Origin: Octopus vulgaris
Taxonomy: Eukaryota
DNA: 64,000 nt
Assembly (NCBI GenBank): GCA_951406725.2
Contig: OX597814.1
Location: 65,348,001-65,412,000, forward strand
Direction: 5' to 3'
The first letter of the stretch is position 1. Every line of letters starts with the position of its first letter. The notes under the pieces are model-generated. The model had not been told where the DNA came from. It made no database searches and worked only from the letters and a program-made list of their open reading frames with translations. Of this stretch, positions 43,620-63,900 are shown one piece after another. Both the position numbers and the translations under genes were made by a program.

Positions 43620-43945
43620 CGAGGTTTGCTATTCTGTTAATGAAGTCTGCATTTTGGATTCGCTCTCGCCATATTTTTAGTAATAACATCTGTTAGGTTT
43701 TTCCGGAGTTTCTTTTTCTTTATGGCTTCTTTCATGTCTTATAGTTATTTTAGATAAACTCTGTTTATGGTGAGATTATTATCAGGAGCCAATGAATTAC
43801 CTGCCATAATAAAAACAATGTTATTTTCTTGGAGCTTTATCTAAAACAAAAATATTGTCGATGGGAGGGAAGTGACACAGGATATAAGTATTTTCTAGAA
43901 AACGATTATGATTTTTAACCATTATCACTTGAAACAAAAATAGTA
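43620..43945 (-). pseudogene. Dong/R4-like N-terminal ORF fragment between TAA tracts
   Basis: KIWRERIQNADFINRIANL resembles the N-terminal motif at 24.7 kb. Confidence 0.45.
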
Positions 43946-43971
43946 TAATAATAACAATGAAGATGATGGTG

Positions 43972-44077
<106 letters not shown>

Positions 44078-44605
44078 CAACAGCAACAACAACAACAACA
44101 ACAATAATAATAATAATATTAATAATCCTTTCTACTATAAGCACAAGGCCGGTAATTTCGGGGCGGAGGACATTTGATTACATCGACCCCAGTGCGCAGC
44201 TGGTGCTAATAATTTTACGACGCTTAAAGAATAAAAATAGAAGTCGAACACAAGAAGAAGAAAAATAGGGAAAACAATAATAACTATAACAATAACAACA
44301 ACCATGACAACAGAAATAATGCTTTCAAGTTCGGGAGAGGAGCTAAGTCGATTAAATCGACCACAGGGCTCAACTGGCACTTATTTTATCGGCTTCAAGA
44401 GAATTGTTTGTACTGCAGACTAGCTCACTCTATCGACGTTCATTGAACAGGAGCACGGTGTATCAGGTGTCAGGTGTCGAAGTGGTCTCAGAGCAACATG
44501 AGCTGAAGTGTTTTTGCTCAAAAACACAACCTAAAACTCGGCCCAGGGATTGAAATAATGATCTAACGATCATGAGTGCAACACCTTGATCCTCACTAAT
44601 AATAA

Positions 44606-44646
<41 letters not shown>

Positions 44647-44669
44647 ATAATAACAATAATAATAATAAA

Positions 44670-48320
<3,651 letters not shown>

Positions 48321-48338
48321 AATAGTAATAATAATAAT

Positions 48339-48410
<72 letters not shown>

Positions 48411-48456
48411 TATAATAATAATAATAATAATAATGATGATGATGATGATGAAGATG

Positions 48457-48559
<103 letters not shown>

Positions 48560-48564
48560 TGATA

Positions 48565-49113
48565 ATGCAGTACCAGGCAGTGGCTCTCATGGCTTCTGAT
48601 CTTAACTGATTGGAAGTGTAATCATGTACATTGTTTTGTCTTGGTATAAAAGATGGGCTACAGCAAATATTCTGCTCAATACCACAGATTTGCTTGTCAG
48701 TTGTTTGACCTTAACCAGTTGAGCATGTCCCTTAGTGGCTGACGATATGTGCATCTCTGATCACGAGCAGAAGTAGTGGGGGAGCATCATAGCCATATGT
48801 TGAGAGAGATTCTTTGGGGTTTGAATAATTCACCTCTGGAAACATGGGTGGTTCTTTCAACATCCTTAAACAACCCTTATTCATGGACCGTTTGAGCGGG
48901 ATGGGCTACTCAACCTGAAAAAAATTCTAACTGGGCCCCACCTGCAAGGTCATGTGCTGTTTATCTTGATATGAGATCACCATGTCGCGCACATATGGTT
49001 GTGATGCATGTGCCTGGTGTACCTTTATCAGACGGGTAGTCATGATGGGTATATTGGGCTTCGTATATTTTACCCCAGTGTCACTTTGATGGCATGAACT
49101 GCTCTCTCACTCA
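48565..49113 (-). mobile_element. About 550-bp non-autonomous element inserted in (TAA)n, copy 1
   Basis: Colinear with 49203-49750 and bounded by TAA tracts. One minus-strand frame ends in a PGTA stretch weakly resembling the Dong C-terminus. Confidence 0.7.
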
Positions 49114-49116
49114 ATG

Positions 49117-49153
<37 letters not shown>

Positions 49154-49202
49154 CAACAACAACAACAGCAACAGCAACAATAATAATAATGATAAACGCC
49201 CT

Positions 49203-49748
49203 GATGCAGTACCAGGCACTGATCTCATGGCTTCTGATCTTAACTTATTGGATGTGTTATCATGCATATTGTTTTTTCTTGGTATAAAAGATGGGCTACA
49301 GCAAATATTCTGCTCAGTACCACAGATTTGCTTGTCAGTTGTTTGATCTTAACCAGTTGAGCATGTCCCTTAGTGGCTGTGGATATGTGCGTCTCTGATC
49401 ATGAGCAGAAGTAGTGGGGTAGCATCATAGCCGTGTGTTGAGAGGAATTCTTGGAGATTTGGATGATTCACCTTCGGAAACATGGGTGGTTCGTTCAACA
49501 TCCTTAAAAATCCTTATTAAGGGACCTTTTGAGCGGTATGGGCTACTCGACCTGAAGAAAATTCTAACTAGACCGCACCTGCAAAGTCATGCGTTGTTTA
49601 TCTTGATATGAAATCACAATGTCGCGCACATATGGTTGTGATGCATGTGCCTGGTGTACCCTTATAAGATGAGTAGTCATGACGGATACACTGGGCTTCG
49701 TACATTTTTCCCTAGTGTCACTTTGATGCATGCACTGCTCTCTCATTC

Positions 49749-49750
<2 letters not shown>
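49203..49750 (-). mobile_element. About 550-bp non-autonomous element inserted in (TAA)n, copy 2
   Basis: Diverged direct repeat of 48565-49113. Confidence 0.7.
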
Positions 49751-49807
<57 letters not shown>

Positions 49808-49809
<2 letters not shown>

Positions 49810-50382
49810 GAAAATGACCACATCTCACTCCTCTGGAACTTCACCATTCAAACTGACAGACAGATAGATGCAAATAGGCCAGTCATCATATTGAAAGACT
49901 TCAGACAAAGAACATGCCTCCTCATTGATATGATTGTCCCAATCGATATAAACGTATCTGTCAAGACCTACCAAAAACCGAGCAAATATAAAGATCTGGA
50001 AATAGAAATCAGCAAAATGTAGAACCTGAAGACTAAAACAATACCTGTTGTCATAGGTGCCCTGGGAATGATAACAAATGGAGCTGATTGCAACCTAGCT
50101 CAGATACCAGGAAGCCCCAAAATGGCAGAAATTCAAAAGATAGTGCGCATGGGAACTGCTCATATCCTACGCAAAATACTTTCTATGTAATCTCAAGTTT
50201 TAAAACAAACATAATTTTCGTATGGTTTTTTTAGACATTCACTAGTACAACACTAAGTACAAAACCAAATATATGGCACACCAGGCATAACACCAACATG
50301 AACTTCCAACTTCTAGTCCCTTGAGGTCTCCGGGTGAGACTTGGAGCCAATTTGTGCAAATGTAAAGCAAAAGTCAAACATA
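49808..50382 (+). mobile_element. Dong/R4-like 3' end (REL domain + 3' UTR)
   Basis: LLWNFTIQTDRQIDANRP..LLIDM..KYKDLEIEI. Same family as 46190-46726. Confidence 0.88.
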
Positions 50383-50570
50383 GAATAATAATAATAGTAA
50401 TAATAATTGGAATGGCAGTGTGGTAACAAGCTTGCGCCCCAACCACATGGTTCCGAGTTCAGTCCCGCTTCATAGCACCTTGGGCAAGTATCTTCCACTA
50501 TATCTTTGAGCCGACAAAACGCTTGTGAGTGAATTTGGTGTACGGAAACTGGAAAAAAAGCCCATCGTAT

Positions 50571-50628
<58 letters not shown>

Positions 50629-50822
50629 CCATTGTTTAACAACCGAAGTTCGAGTTTTTACGTCCCCGTAACCTTTTATTTTTTACTTTTTCCCTCTGTA
50701 CCCCACCTTTTCTCTGTGAATTATCAGGTGTGTTTATATTAATGGCTTAACAATTTATACAGTACGTTTCTCTGCCCTAGGTGTCAGGAAGACATCCGGC
50801 AAGAAATGGAAACAGAGTTGAA

Positions 50823-50896
<74 letters not shown>

Positions 50897-50915
50897 TAAC
50901 AGCAACAACAACAAC

Positions 50916-50978
<63 letters not shown>

Positions 50979-51165
50979 TTAATAATAATAATAATAAATT
51001 TTATCTGGCACAATGGCAGTACATAGGAGATATAAAGATTATTTAAAAAACTGTAGGGGTTTTATATCATGTAAAAATGCAATAACAAATAAGACCAAAA
51101 ACATATACACTGTGTATATGTTCCCCAAAATGACAAATAATAATAATGATGATGATAATGATGGT

Positions 51166-51196
<31 letters not shown>

Positions 51197-52189
51197 AGAA
51201 GAAGAAGAAGAAGAAGAAGAAGAAGAAGAAGAAGAAGAAGAAGAAGAAGAAGAAGAAGAAGAAGAAGAAATAAAAATGGTAATATAGCCATTTTGTTGAC
51301 TCATAGAATTCCTTGAAAAGAAATTTAATAACAAGAAAGCATGAGTTAAGCATCAAAGAGATAAGACATGCATGTGCTGAGTGTTTCCTTCTCTTCCGTA
51401 TGAAAATCGTTTTCCACTTATGGTTCATTTTATTTCTTTTGTCTACAACGAACCTACGTTTCATTTAAGCAATAAACGACAATGTTTGCACATTCAGCTT
51501 TCTACCACCTAGCCTCTCCTTCATTTAACGATCAAAAACATATCCGAGAAGAGTAATTGTGTTTGTACAATAAACAATACAGCCAGAGACATAGTAATTA
51601 TACACAAATATATATATTGTTGTAAATAGAATATAAATGTTTGTTTTAGCGCGGGCGAGCACACAAACATACGCGACACATAGTCACATAAAAACACGCA
51701 CACACACGTGTAGAGTCATTTACATGCACATATAAGACTTTATGTTCGTATATTTATGTATGCCATTGTGTGTGTGTGTATATATATATATGTATCAATT
51801 TAAATGGACATGTATATACACACACACACACGCACACACACATGTGTACTTGTGTGTTTGTGCCTCAGACAAGTAGAAACAACTTCAGACTTGCAAACAT
51901 ATTTATAAATACATAGGTACCCTCGCAAGTTTGGGTTGTTCCTTTTCGAAACATTGGTAACAAAGCAAAGTTTGAAATGTTTAAGGAAGGAAGGTTACAT
52001 CAGGTTTATCTACATGAAAGCGAAAATAGGAAGTTAATGGAAAAGGCATTTAAAAATATATATGCTATGGCATAAAAATACCATTTACAAAGAAAATATT
52101 ATCACAAATAGCTAATTCCATGTGTTGTACGTCTAGAGTACTTTACACACACACATACAAACGTCTTTCAGTTTCCATATATATATATT

Positions 52190-52536
<347 letters not shown>

Positions 52537-52571
52537 GTATGTATATATATGTATATGTATATATATGTATA

Positions 52572-54920
<2,349 letters not shown>

Positions 54921-55156
54921 ATTAATTATATATATATATATATATTAATTTATTTGTTTCAGTCATTTGACTGGGCCATGCTGGAGCACCTCCTTTAGTC
55001 GTACAGATCGACCCCAGGACGTATTCTTTGTAAGCCTAGAACTAATTCCATCGTTCTCTTGTGCTGAACGGCTAAGATGCAGAGACGTAAACACACCAAC
55101 ATCGGTTGTCAAGCGATCGTGGGGGAAAACATAGACACACAAACTATTATAAACAA

Positions 55157-55211
<55 letters not shown>

Positions 55212-55566
55212 CGACGGGCTTCTTTCAGTTTCCGTCAACCAAATCCACTGAGAAGGTTTTGGTCGGCCCGACGCTGTAGTAAAAGATAATTAAACACTTG
55301 CTCAAGGTGCCACGCAGTGGGACTGAACATATATACATATATACAATTTCAAAGGTCGGTATTCATATTTACTCAGTCCATTTCAAATTGTCGAAATTCT
55401 CCACAATATACATAGATGCGTTCACATATATGAGTCATGATAAATATTCATAAGAATTTATAAATATATAAAAAAAATTTAACCATATAAACATATGAAT
55501 ATAAATACATAGATGTACTTGCGATGTTGAATGTTCGTATTAGAATCAATGAGGAGGGTAGATGAG

Positions 55567-56660
55567 AAAGTTATTATAAAATATCCCTGTGTGCAGGCTA
55601 AAGGTGATCCCTTATGGTGCTTTTCCACCACCTTTTTTACCCCTCCGCCTCTATAGAAGACTAATAATTCATCTTCCTCCGGGGGCGAGATATCCATTTC
55701 TACTGTTGGCGGCACAGTTCCTAGCAACGCTGTCTCTTCCCCTGCTGGTGGCACAACCCCAACCGACAAGGTTCCGGGACATTCCGGTACGATGTCACCG
55801 ACTGCCGGCAATGTCCTGTTTCTCTTTCTCTTCCTATTTTTTCTCTTTTCAACTGAGATAGGGTGCGTCTCCTCCGTGACCGGGAGATTCGCCTCCCCTT
55901 CCTCATCCCTAGGATCCTTTGGTGAGCACTCCTTGTTGCTCACCTTCTTCCTCTTGCGTCCCTTCTTTGAGGAGTCCTCCATCTCCTCGACCGCCTTCAT
56001 TCCCTCTTCTACAGAAGTCTCAACCAACTGCTCTAGGACCTTACTTTGTTATTGGGGACAGTTTTTCTTTATATGGCCAGACTCCAGACACCAATGATAC
56101 CTGGGGGGGGGGGGGCAAGAATCACCGGGTACCTGCACCCGGCCATTTAAAAAAAATCTGGAAAAACCAGATTGGCAGATTGGGTCCAAAGGGTCAAAAC
56201 TGCTTTGACCAAACCCAATCAGCCGCATGAAAAACTTTCACGTTAAGGAGCTTGGTTCCGCTGCCATCCAGAGCCCGGTGGATAATCTCCTCTATCCACT
56301 CGGGCTTTATCCCGATTGGCAACCTGCAGACCCAAGCTCTTGTCAACCTCTTCCCACAATACGTGGGAAGAAACAAAATTTCTTTGCCCTGTAAGTGTTG
56401 GCTCGCAAATCTGCGAGCCTCTTCAGGGGTGTCAAATAGCAACCACACCGTTGCGTACTTGACTCACTGGAAATGAATTTAATTGTTGGCCAACTCCTTT
56501 TCAATTACAGTCTTTTCAAAAAGGGCGATGATGTCGAGCGACTTGGAGTAAATCCTCACCACCATCGTTCTACCTTCACGGTCTTTCAACCACTGTTTGG
56601 TTAGTATAATTTCCCACTCCAAAACATTGTCTTTTTTCATTGTCTTTTTTCATTGCCATG
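55567..56660 (-). pseudogene. Probable non-LTR retrotransposon ORF1 (gag-like) remnant
   Basis: GC-richer block with frameshifted ORFs 56194-56448 and 55479-56027 (basic/acidic KKGRKRKK tracts). The family assignment is inference. Confidence 0.4.
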
Positions 56661-58887
56661 GTTTTTTTTAAGCAATAAAACAGCAATTTTCACAATTATT
56701 TTTAAAATTCGCAAAATATAAACAAATGTTTAGGAGGCACGATATGCCTCCAAGCAACAATTTTTACAATTAAGTGAGAAAAAATATTCACTTAACGTGA
56801 ACCACCAACTTGGAAGCAGGATACGCCCCCAAACTAAAATTCTCACAATTAAGTGAGAAAAAATATTCACTCCACTGCAGGCAGACTAGAGTTTAGAATC
56901 CAGTGAGGACTTCTTGCGTGTACAAAAAAAATATATTAAATATATTACCGCAAACAACAGACCCCCACTGGACCCAAATAACAAGAGCCTTAACTTACAG
57001 CGGAGCTTCAAAATTCTTCAATTTAAGACGGCTTCAAAAGCACGTCTTGACAGCTTCAGTGCCAAACGCCACACTGACTCGCCCATGCGCAGTGGGCGGG
57101 AAGCAAACTTCTTACCACACTGCCACGCTTGCACCTATATATACAAATATTAAAGGAAATAGAGAAATACAATTGACATATTAAACATATTTTATAATAT
57201 AATTATACTATAAAAAAGATATAACGAAATATAATTTAATATAATGTAATTTAATATAACAAATAATTGAAAGAAATATAAATCCAATAATTTGCTTCGA
57301 CTTCTAGCCAGTAGTGAATTTATAAAAATTCACATTTATGTATATGAGTCTCCTCAGAGTAATGTTTGTTCTAAAAACAGACAAAAATTCCATGCAAGGA
57401 CTGCAAAATCCCATAAGAGACTGATGTAAAATATACTTATGTTTACAAGCGTGAGCGTTAAGAATTCAAAAATATAACAAATATAATAAAAGCAAAAGCA
57501 AAATTCAAATGATAAAATAATTAAGTAAAGAAAAACTACAACTGTCATAAAATGTTCTTATGCATCTCCACTGATATTAATCTAAAGATATTTTAATCGA
57601 AAATAATCAATGTTATATGATAAGATCTATATGATATGTTAAGAATTTATGGTGGAGTAGGAAATATATTTTATTTAAAATTGCTATATACTATGAAGAA
57701 AAAATAATAAATAAGGATATATTTTTCTGAGACACTAAATTCTTTAAAAAAAATTCTCTAATCAACGATTAATTCACTCAAAATTTTCTACTGAATACGC
57801 CGATGTTAAACAAATGTATAAAGTTACGATTATTATAAACTATATTATTTCCTACATAAAAATGATAATAATATATAAATAAATAAAGTTTCACTATTTT
57901 ATTTAGTTTTACTAACGAAAATAAGTTAGAGTAAGCCAATAGTTTTAGTATTGTATAATTTTTATGTGTATACAAGTTCGAAAGAACACATGATGATATA
58001 TACTAAATATTATAGGTTTAACAAAAATATTCATACATGCATAATTATTCAAATAGATATATAATTATATGTAATAATTATTCTAATCTCTTTATGCGTA
58101 CTAATATAAACATTATTCTTAGTAAATAACAAGCAAAAAGCACAAAGTTACTTAGTTTATTAGAGGAAAATACGACCGTAATTCAATTATTATCTACTTA
58201 TACATTCATTGCCTACGGAAAAATAACCGGAAATACGTACATTCAATGGAAATGTTTTTAATCACCATAGGCTTTTAATAAAATTATTCATATAATATTA
58301 TTATTAAATTCAATTTATATACTTATAATCATTTTATATATAGGTGATAGCATAATCAAAACTTATAACTTGAATTTAACTACGAATGTAGTGATATAGT
58401 TTACACTTAAGACATATATTTTATGGTACTTTATAAATTAATCCATTGAAATATTATAGATATTATCATTAATATACTAGTTTAAAGCTACAAACCTTTC
58501 GGTTAAAAAAAACTTGCAAATCCTTCAGTATAACAAAATTTGGCCTCAAGTACAAACAATTACGTTAAGTAATGTTGCTCCGTTCTAAGGTTTGGGAAAA
58601 TATCGTAAAGCAAAAACACTCTGCTCACGTCGCCTTGCATAAGTTCAAAATTTCACCACAGCCTAATACACCTATCAATTGTTTTTAAATTTAATAAAAA
58701 TTTAGTAAAAATTAGTATCATTTTATTTATTCATACAATCATTATTTTAGTTATCCATTTATTTCTTTAACACGTATACAAATTCAAATACACACACACA
58801 CACTCACACACACACACACACACATATATATGTATACACACAGAGACACATGAGCAGACATGCATATACATATACATACATACACAG

Positions 58888-58956
<69 letters not shown>

Positions 58957-59400
58957 ATACATCTGCATACATATATACTATTTCATCTTTTCAATTTACT
59001 AAGTAATAATACACACATATACAGACATACACACACACACATATATATATATACATATACATTCATATATATATGTATAAGCATATACATGTCCATAAAA
59101 ATACCCTCACATACATACACACATATATAACTATATATACATAGATAGATATACTCGTAAATAGATACACATTTATACATATATATATATATACACCTAC
59201 ATGCATACACACAAAGACACACTCACACACTCACACACAAAATCATTTTATTTATGTCCAACACGTCAAAGACCTTTCTTTGCGAGCACCTAACACTTCT
59301 GTTGTGCGTGTGTGATGATACGCTTAATAAAATTTTCTGAAGTACCAGTGGAATTTGGATGTTTTCCGTCCCTTTGAAGGAAATGGAATCTTCCTTGGTT

Positions 59401-59464
<64 letters not shown>

Positions 59465-59490
59465 ATATATATATATATATATATACATAC

Positions 59491-59546
<56 letters not shown>

Positions 59547-59550
<4 letters not shown>

Positions 59551-59736
59551 GGGAAAGTTTACGAAAGAAACAAAAGACGAAGACAGGTGGTGTACAAAAC
59601 AAACAGATGTACTAGTATAACGCTCAGAATTAGAAAATGTCTTTTACGTTACGAGCCTACGCTCTTCTACAGAAAGGTACACAGAAAAAACAAGGGGAGA
59701 AACAAGGAGAGAAAAAAATGTGTGTAGTGGCTAACG

Positions 59737-59738
<2 letters not shown>
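59547..59738 (-). mobile_element. Second copy of the about 200-bp HHR-remnant element
   Basis: tttacgaaagaaacaaaagacgaagacaggtgg...cttttacgttacgagcctacgctcttctacagaaag matches 16538-16742. Confidence 0.6.
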
Positions 59739-59784
<46 letters not shown>

Positions 59785-60049
59785 GAAATATGTTATAAAA
59801 AGAAAATATAAAATACACGTGGAAATGTAAGGGTAAAATATGAAAAATCAACGAAAATGCTAATTGCAAATAAAAAAAGGCTATTCATGACAGGTAACGA
59901 CAAATATATACATTTAGATTAACTGAGGTAGTAATACGAGTCATAAAAGTCATTATTATAAAATGATTATAAGATGATAATAAAGTAAGAGAACAAAACG
60001 GACCATGGTTTACGCAAAGCTATTCATCGTTTATATATATATCAGAAGG

Positions 60050-60345
60050 TAACGGCAGACGGCATCATTGTGCACTTCCCCCACCTCACAGAAATGAGGT
60101 CCCGCTTCCTAGAACAAGTGGATGTGAGATTTAGCTCAAAATTGATGTAGACATTGCTCATCGTCTCTTTTTAACCAACTCCAGTATCTTGCTTTTCCGA
60201 CTGTAGTTTGGATATCACTCATGGTGATATCTGTTAGTCCTAATGATAACAACAGTCACTTTATACTGTGTCCAACAAATCCTCTAGCCTGCGTCTTCAC
60301 ATTCTTCGTGGAGGTTTACATAGTGTTTAAACTTTCGAGCTTAAG
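60050..60345 (-). pseudogene. Possible Hero-like RLE endonuclease remnant
   Basis: A minus frame reads ARKFKHYVNLHEECEDAG*, resembling RKxxKYxxLxxECxxxGW. Confidence 0.35.
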
Positions 60346-60616
60346 TTGAAAACAAGGTTGAAAATAATTGTACTCGAATATCAAAAAATAGTGTAATATT
60401 CTTTTCATCACAGCTGCAAAAGTATAACAGAACTGTTATTCAGACTTGTGATATTTTTACAGCTTTAATAAAAATATGAATATATACTTTGGGGAATTAC
60501 ACCACCGCTGTTTAGCCCTAGGAAGCATCGACGCTTCCTGTCGGCTTTGACACATTTCCTGTGTCCTTATATTTGTGAAGGGGAAGCAAGCACCCCCACC
60601 AGCCAAGATTCACACC

Positions 60617-60659
60617 TTAGGACATGCATGTTTCTGGGTCTTAACCCGTCATCAGCCCA
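60617..60659 (-). ncRNA. Type I hammerhead ribozyme at the apex of a rod-like hairpin
   Basis: Minus strand reads tggg CTGATGA c gggt-taag-accc a GAAAC atgcat GTC ctaa. Canonical core, one mismatch in stem I, closed by atatttgtgaagg (60569-60581)/ccttcacaaatat (60696-60708). Confidence 0.8.
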
Positions 60660-61342
60660 TGATAGTGAGATCTGCTGACTGAGGTGCCTGTCTAGCCTTC
60701 ACAAATATATATATTTACAGTGAAATCTATTCACGAGTCTCCGTAATTAGAAGGCATTAGGCAGGAGAAATACCAGCACCAACAACTGCGACCGCAGCGA
60801 CTCATCCAACAATATCCAAGACAACAATCGCAACGGCGGAGGCTGTAGCAGTAGCGGTAACAACGCATCAAACAGCAGAAACACCAGCACCGACAACGAC
60901 CGCAGCACCGGCGTCTGCGTTACGGCCGGAGCTGATGACCACTCCAGCACCCGCAGCACCGAGCTGTCTCTTAAACCCAAGACACGAGATATATAAACTA
61001 CGTCCACATTTCAAATGCTACCTGCTGTGGGCATGGCATCCATCGTTCATCTATTAGGAGCCAACCTAAGGGCGGATATTCCCCATTCGCTCTTCAGGTC
61101 CATAAGATTTCCTCACCGATAATCCGTCCCGTTTAAGGCTCAGCCAGTGCATCTTACTCTTTTGTTAACAAATTAACTGACTGTAACGGTTTTTTACTTC
61201 AAGTTGGAAGGGAGATTATATGCCCACGGCCTTTGGAGTCTGAGATGTCGTCTATAAGGCTAATGTGAAACCATTAGTAAGTCTATGACACATATTTAAG
61301 TTCATGTAAATAAGTATACACACACACATATCACACATATAG

Positions 61343-61406
<64 letters not shown>

Positions 61407-61424
61407 GTATATATATGTTATATG

Positions 61425-61464
<40 letters not shown>

Positions 61465-61859
61465 TATATACATATATATACTTATACATATACATATATA
61501 TATATATATACATATATGTGTGATATGTGTGTATATATACATATATATATATATACATATATATATACATACATATATATATATATAAGGACACCGTGAC
61601 GGTGTCGAGCCTTTCTGGTGACGTCGATGTTCGCCTGGGGCTAAATGCAACAGTAACACCCCCACCACCCTGCCCTGTCCCTAGCCATATTCAGATGGCT
61701 TTAGTCCCTTATGATATCGAGCAGTTACTGTCTATATCTCTTTTAGATAATTATTATTGCTTTCGAACAGATTTTCGAAATCAGCAAATGTATTTTGCTT
61801 GAAAATCTATATATGAATATCCTGCAGAGTGAGAGTTCGTCGAGGAAGCGGAAGCCTAC

Positions 61860-61905
61860 CACACGCCGACGATAGGCAATACACCTTGAAACCATGGTCC
61901 GTGTG
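61860..61905 (+). ncRNA. Type I hammerhead ribozyme (U4C variant), first copy
   Basis: cacacg CCGACGA t agg-caataca-cct t GAAAC catg GTC cgtgtg. Six-bp stem I extended by gaagcggaa/ttccgcttc; palindromic stem III. Confidence 0.8.
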
Positions 61906-62219
61906 TGGTTTCCGCTTCATCGGGGAATTACCTCCCTTTGCAGGATAAGGACACCGTGACGGTGTCGAGCCTTTCTGGTAACGTCGATGTTCGCCTGGGG
62001 CTAAATGCAACAGTAACACCCCCACCACCCTGCCCTGTCCCTAGCCATATTCAGATGGCTTTAGTCCCTTATGATATCGAGCAGTTACTGTCTATATCTC
62101 TTTTAGAGAATTATTATTGCTTTCGAACAGATTTTCGAAATCAGCAAATGTATTTTGCTTGAAAATCTATATATGAATATCCTGCAGAGTGAGAGTTCGT
62201 CGAGGAAGCGGAAGCCTAC

Positions 62220-62265
62220 CACACGCCGACGATAGGCAATACACCTTGAAACCATGGTCCGTGTG
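62220..62265 (+). ncRNA. Type I hammerhead ribozyme (U4C variant), second copy
   Basis: Identical to 61860-61905, 360 nt downstream. Confidence 0.8.
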
Positions 62266-62431
62266 TGGTTTCCGCTTCATCGGGGAATTACCTCCCTTTG
62301 CAGGATAAGGACACCGTGACGGTGTCGAGCCTTTCTGGTGACGTCGATGTTCGCCTGGGGCTAAATGCAACAGTAACACCCCCACCACCCTGCCCTGTCC
62401 CTAGCCATATTCAGATGGCTTTAGTCCCTTA

Positions 62432-62468
<37 letters not shown>

Positions 62469-63498
62469 AAAGCATATATATACATACATACATGTATGTG
62501 TATATCAGGCTATTTATACATGTGTGTGTATTTATATACATATATAAACGTATTTATACAAACAGAGACATATACACCCGCGCGGACGCAGAAGCGTACA
62601 CATATATATATATATGAGTATGAACGCATGTGCGTGTTTGTTTGCCTGAGTATGCGTGTTGTGTGTGTGTATTTGCTGTGTGTGTGTGTCTGCGTGCGTA
62701 CAAACATATTCGGCACACTTAGTACTATCAGTGTTAGGAAGGAACAAAAGGCGAAGACAAATTAATTATATTCAGCTAAACGACTACACGTGTTTTACAT
62801 AATATGAATCAATGTAAGCGTGTTTCGTAGCAATAGTACAATGTGCAAGAAACATGTCCCTATTTCTTCCACATGTGCAGCGTGTAAATATATAAATAAC
62901 AATGTATTTTCGTAGGTGAATACACATACCTACAAATATGATAAAAACATATATAACACAATCGGCATTGAAATATTCTCATAACACACGAGCGCACACC
63001 CACACTCACACACGCACACGTATATATGCGTGTGTGTGTTTGTGTGTGTGAGTATGTATCTGTGTGTGTGTACGACATCTATATATGTAACTATTTTGAA
63101 ATACAAATATATATATATATATATATAATTACATCCACATAAACACATACATATATATAAATTTTGTTTTTGTAAGACACACACCAATAAATTTAAGCAT
63201 ATACCCACACAATCTCCCTCTCCCTCTCTCTCTCACTCGCCCTCTCCCTCTCTCTCTCACTCCCCTTGCCCTCTCTCTCTCTCACTCCCCCTGTCCCTCT
63301 CTCTCTCTCTTACTCCCCCTATCCCTCCCTCTCTCTCTCCCTCTCTCTCTTACATAGACACACACATACAAACACTGACGAACTTATTAGTTCTACCATA
63401 ACTATCTATATATCTATCTTCTGTCTGTCTGTCTATCTAGCTCTGTCCGTCTATATCTCTATCCCTTCGTCTATCTGTCTGCTGTCTGTCTGTGCGTG

Positions 63499-63654
<156 letters not shown>

Positions 63655-63761
63655 GCAGCCAGTTGCCTGCCTTCACTGAGGCACACATATTTATATTACT
63701 TCACATCCATAAATCGTGCTTGTACATGTAAATATATGTGTTCATGAATGTACGTGATGTT

Positions 63762-63900
63762 AATTAGAACCTCGTATTACGAGAGCACCATTGTACGAGC
63801 AATTTGCTGCACGAGCTTCGGCTCGTGCAAATTTTTGTCTCGCAATACGAGAGGAAATCCGCAGTATGAGCGAGTTTCATACAAGCGACTGCTAGTCGGC
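63762..63900 (+). mobile_element. Possible Tigger/pogo-like MITE left end
   Basis: tagaacctcgtattacgag start with repeated tacgag subterminal motifs. The other end would lie outside the window. Confidence 0.35.

Larger units (their letters stand above)
61585..62437 (+). repeat. 360-bp tandem repeat (about 2.4 units), retrozyme-like
   Basis: Unit starts (ataaggacacc) at 61585, 61945 and 62305. Only about two substitutions seen between units. Flanked by (TA)n. Confidence 0.95.

Noticed and set aside
50760-50825. Possible host exon after ctctgccctag
   Set aside because: Runs directly into a TAA tail with no donor site; more likely a retroelement 3' end.
61930-62010. HDV-like ribozyme suggested by GGCUAA
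   Set aside because: Could not build the P1/P3/L3/P1.1 nested pseudoknot. GGCU pairs with AGCC instead.
61527-62765. ORFs in the 360-bp repeat
   Set aside because: Short, with non-ATG or microsatellite starts. RNA structure explains the sequence better.
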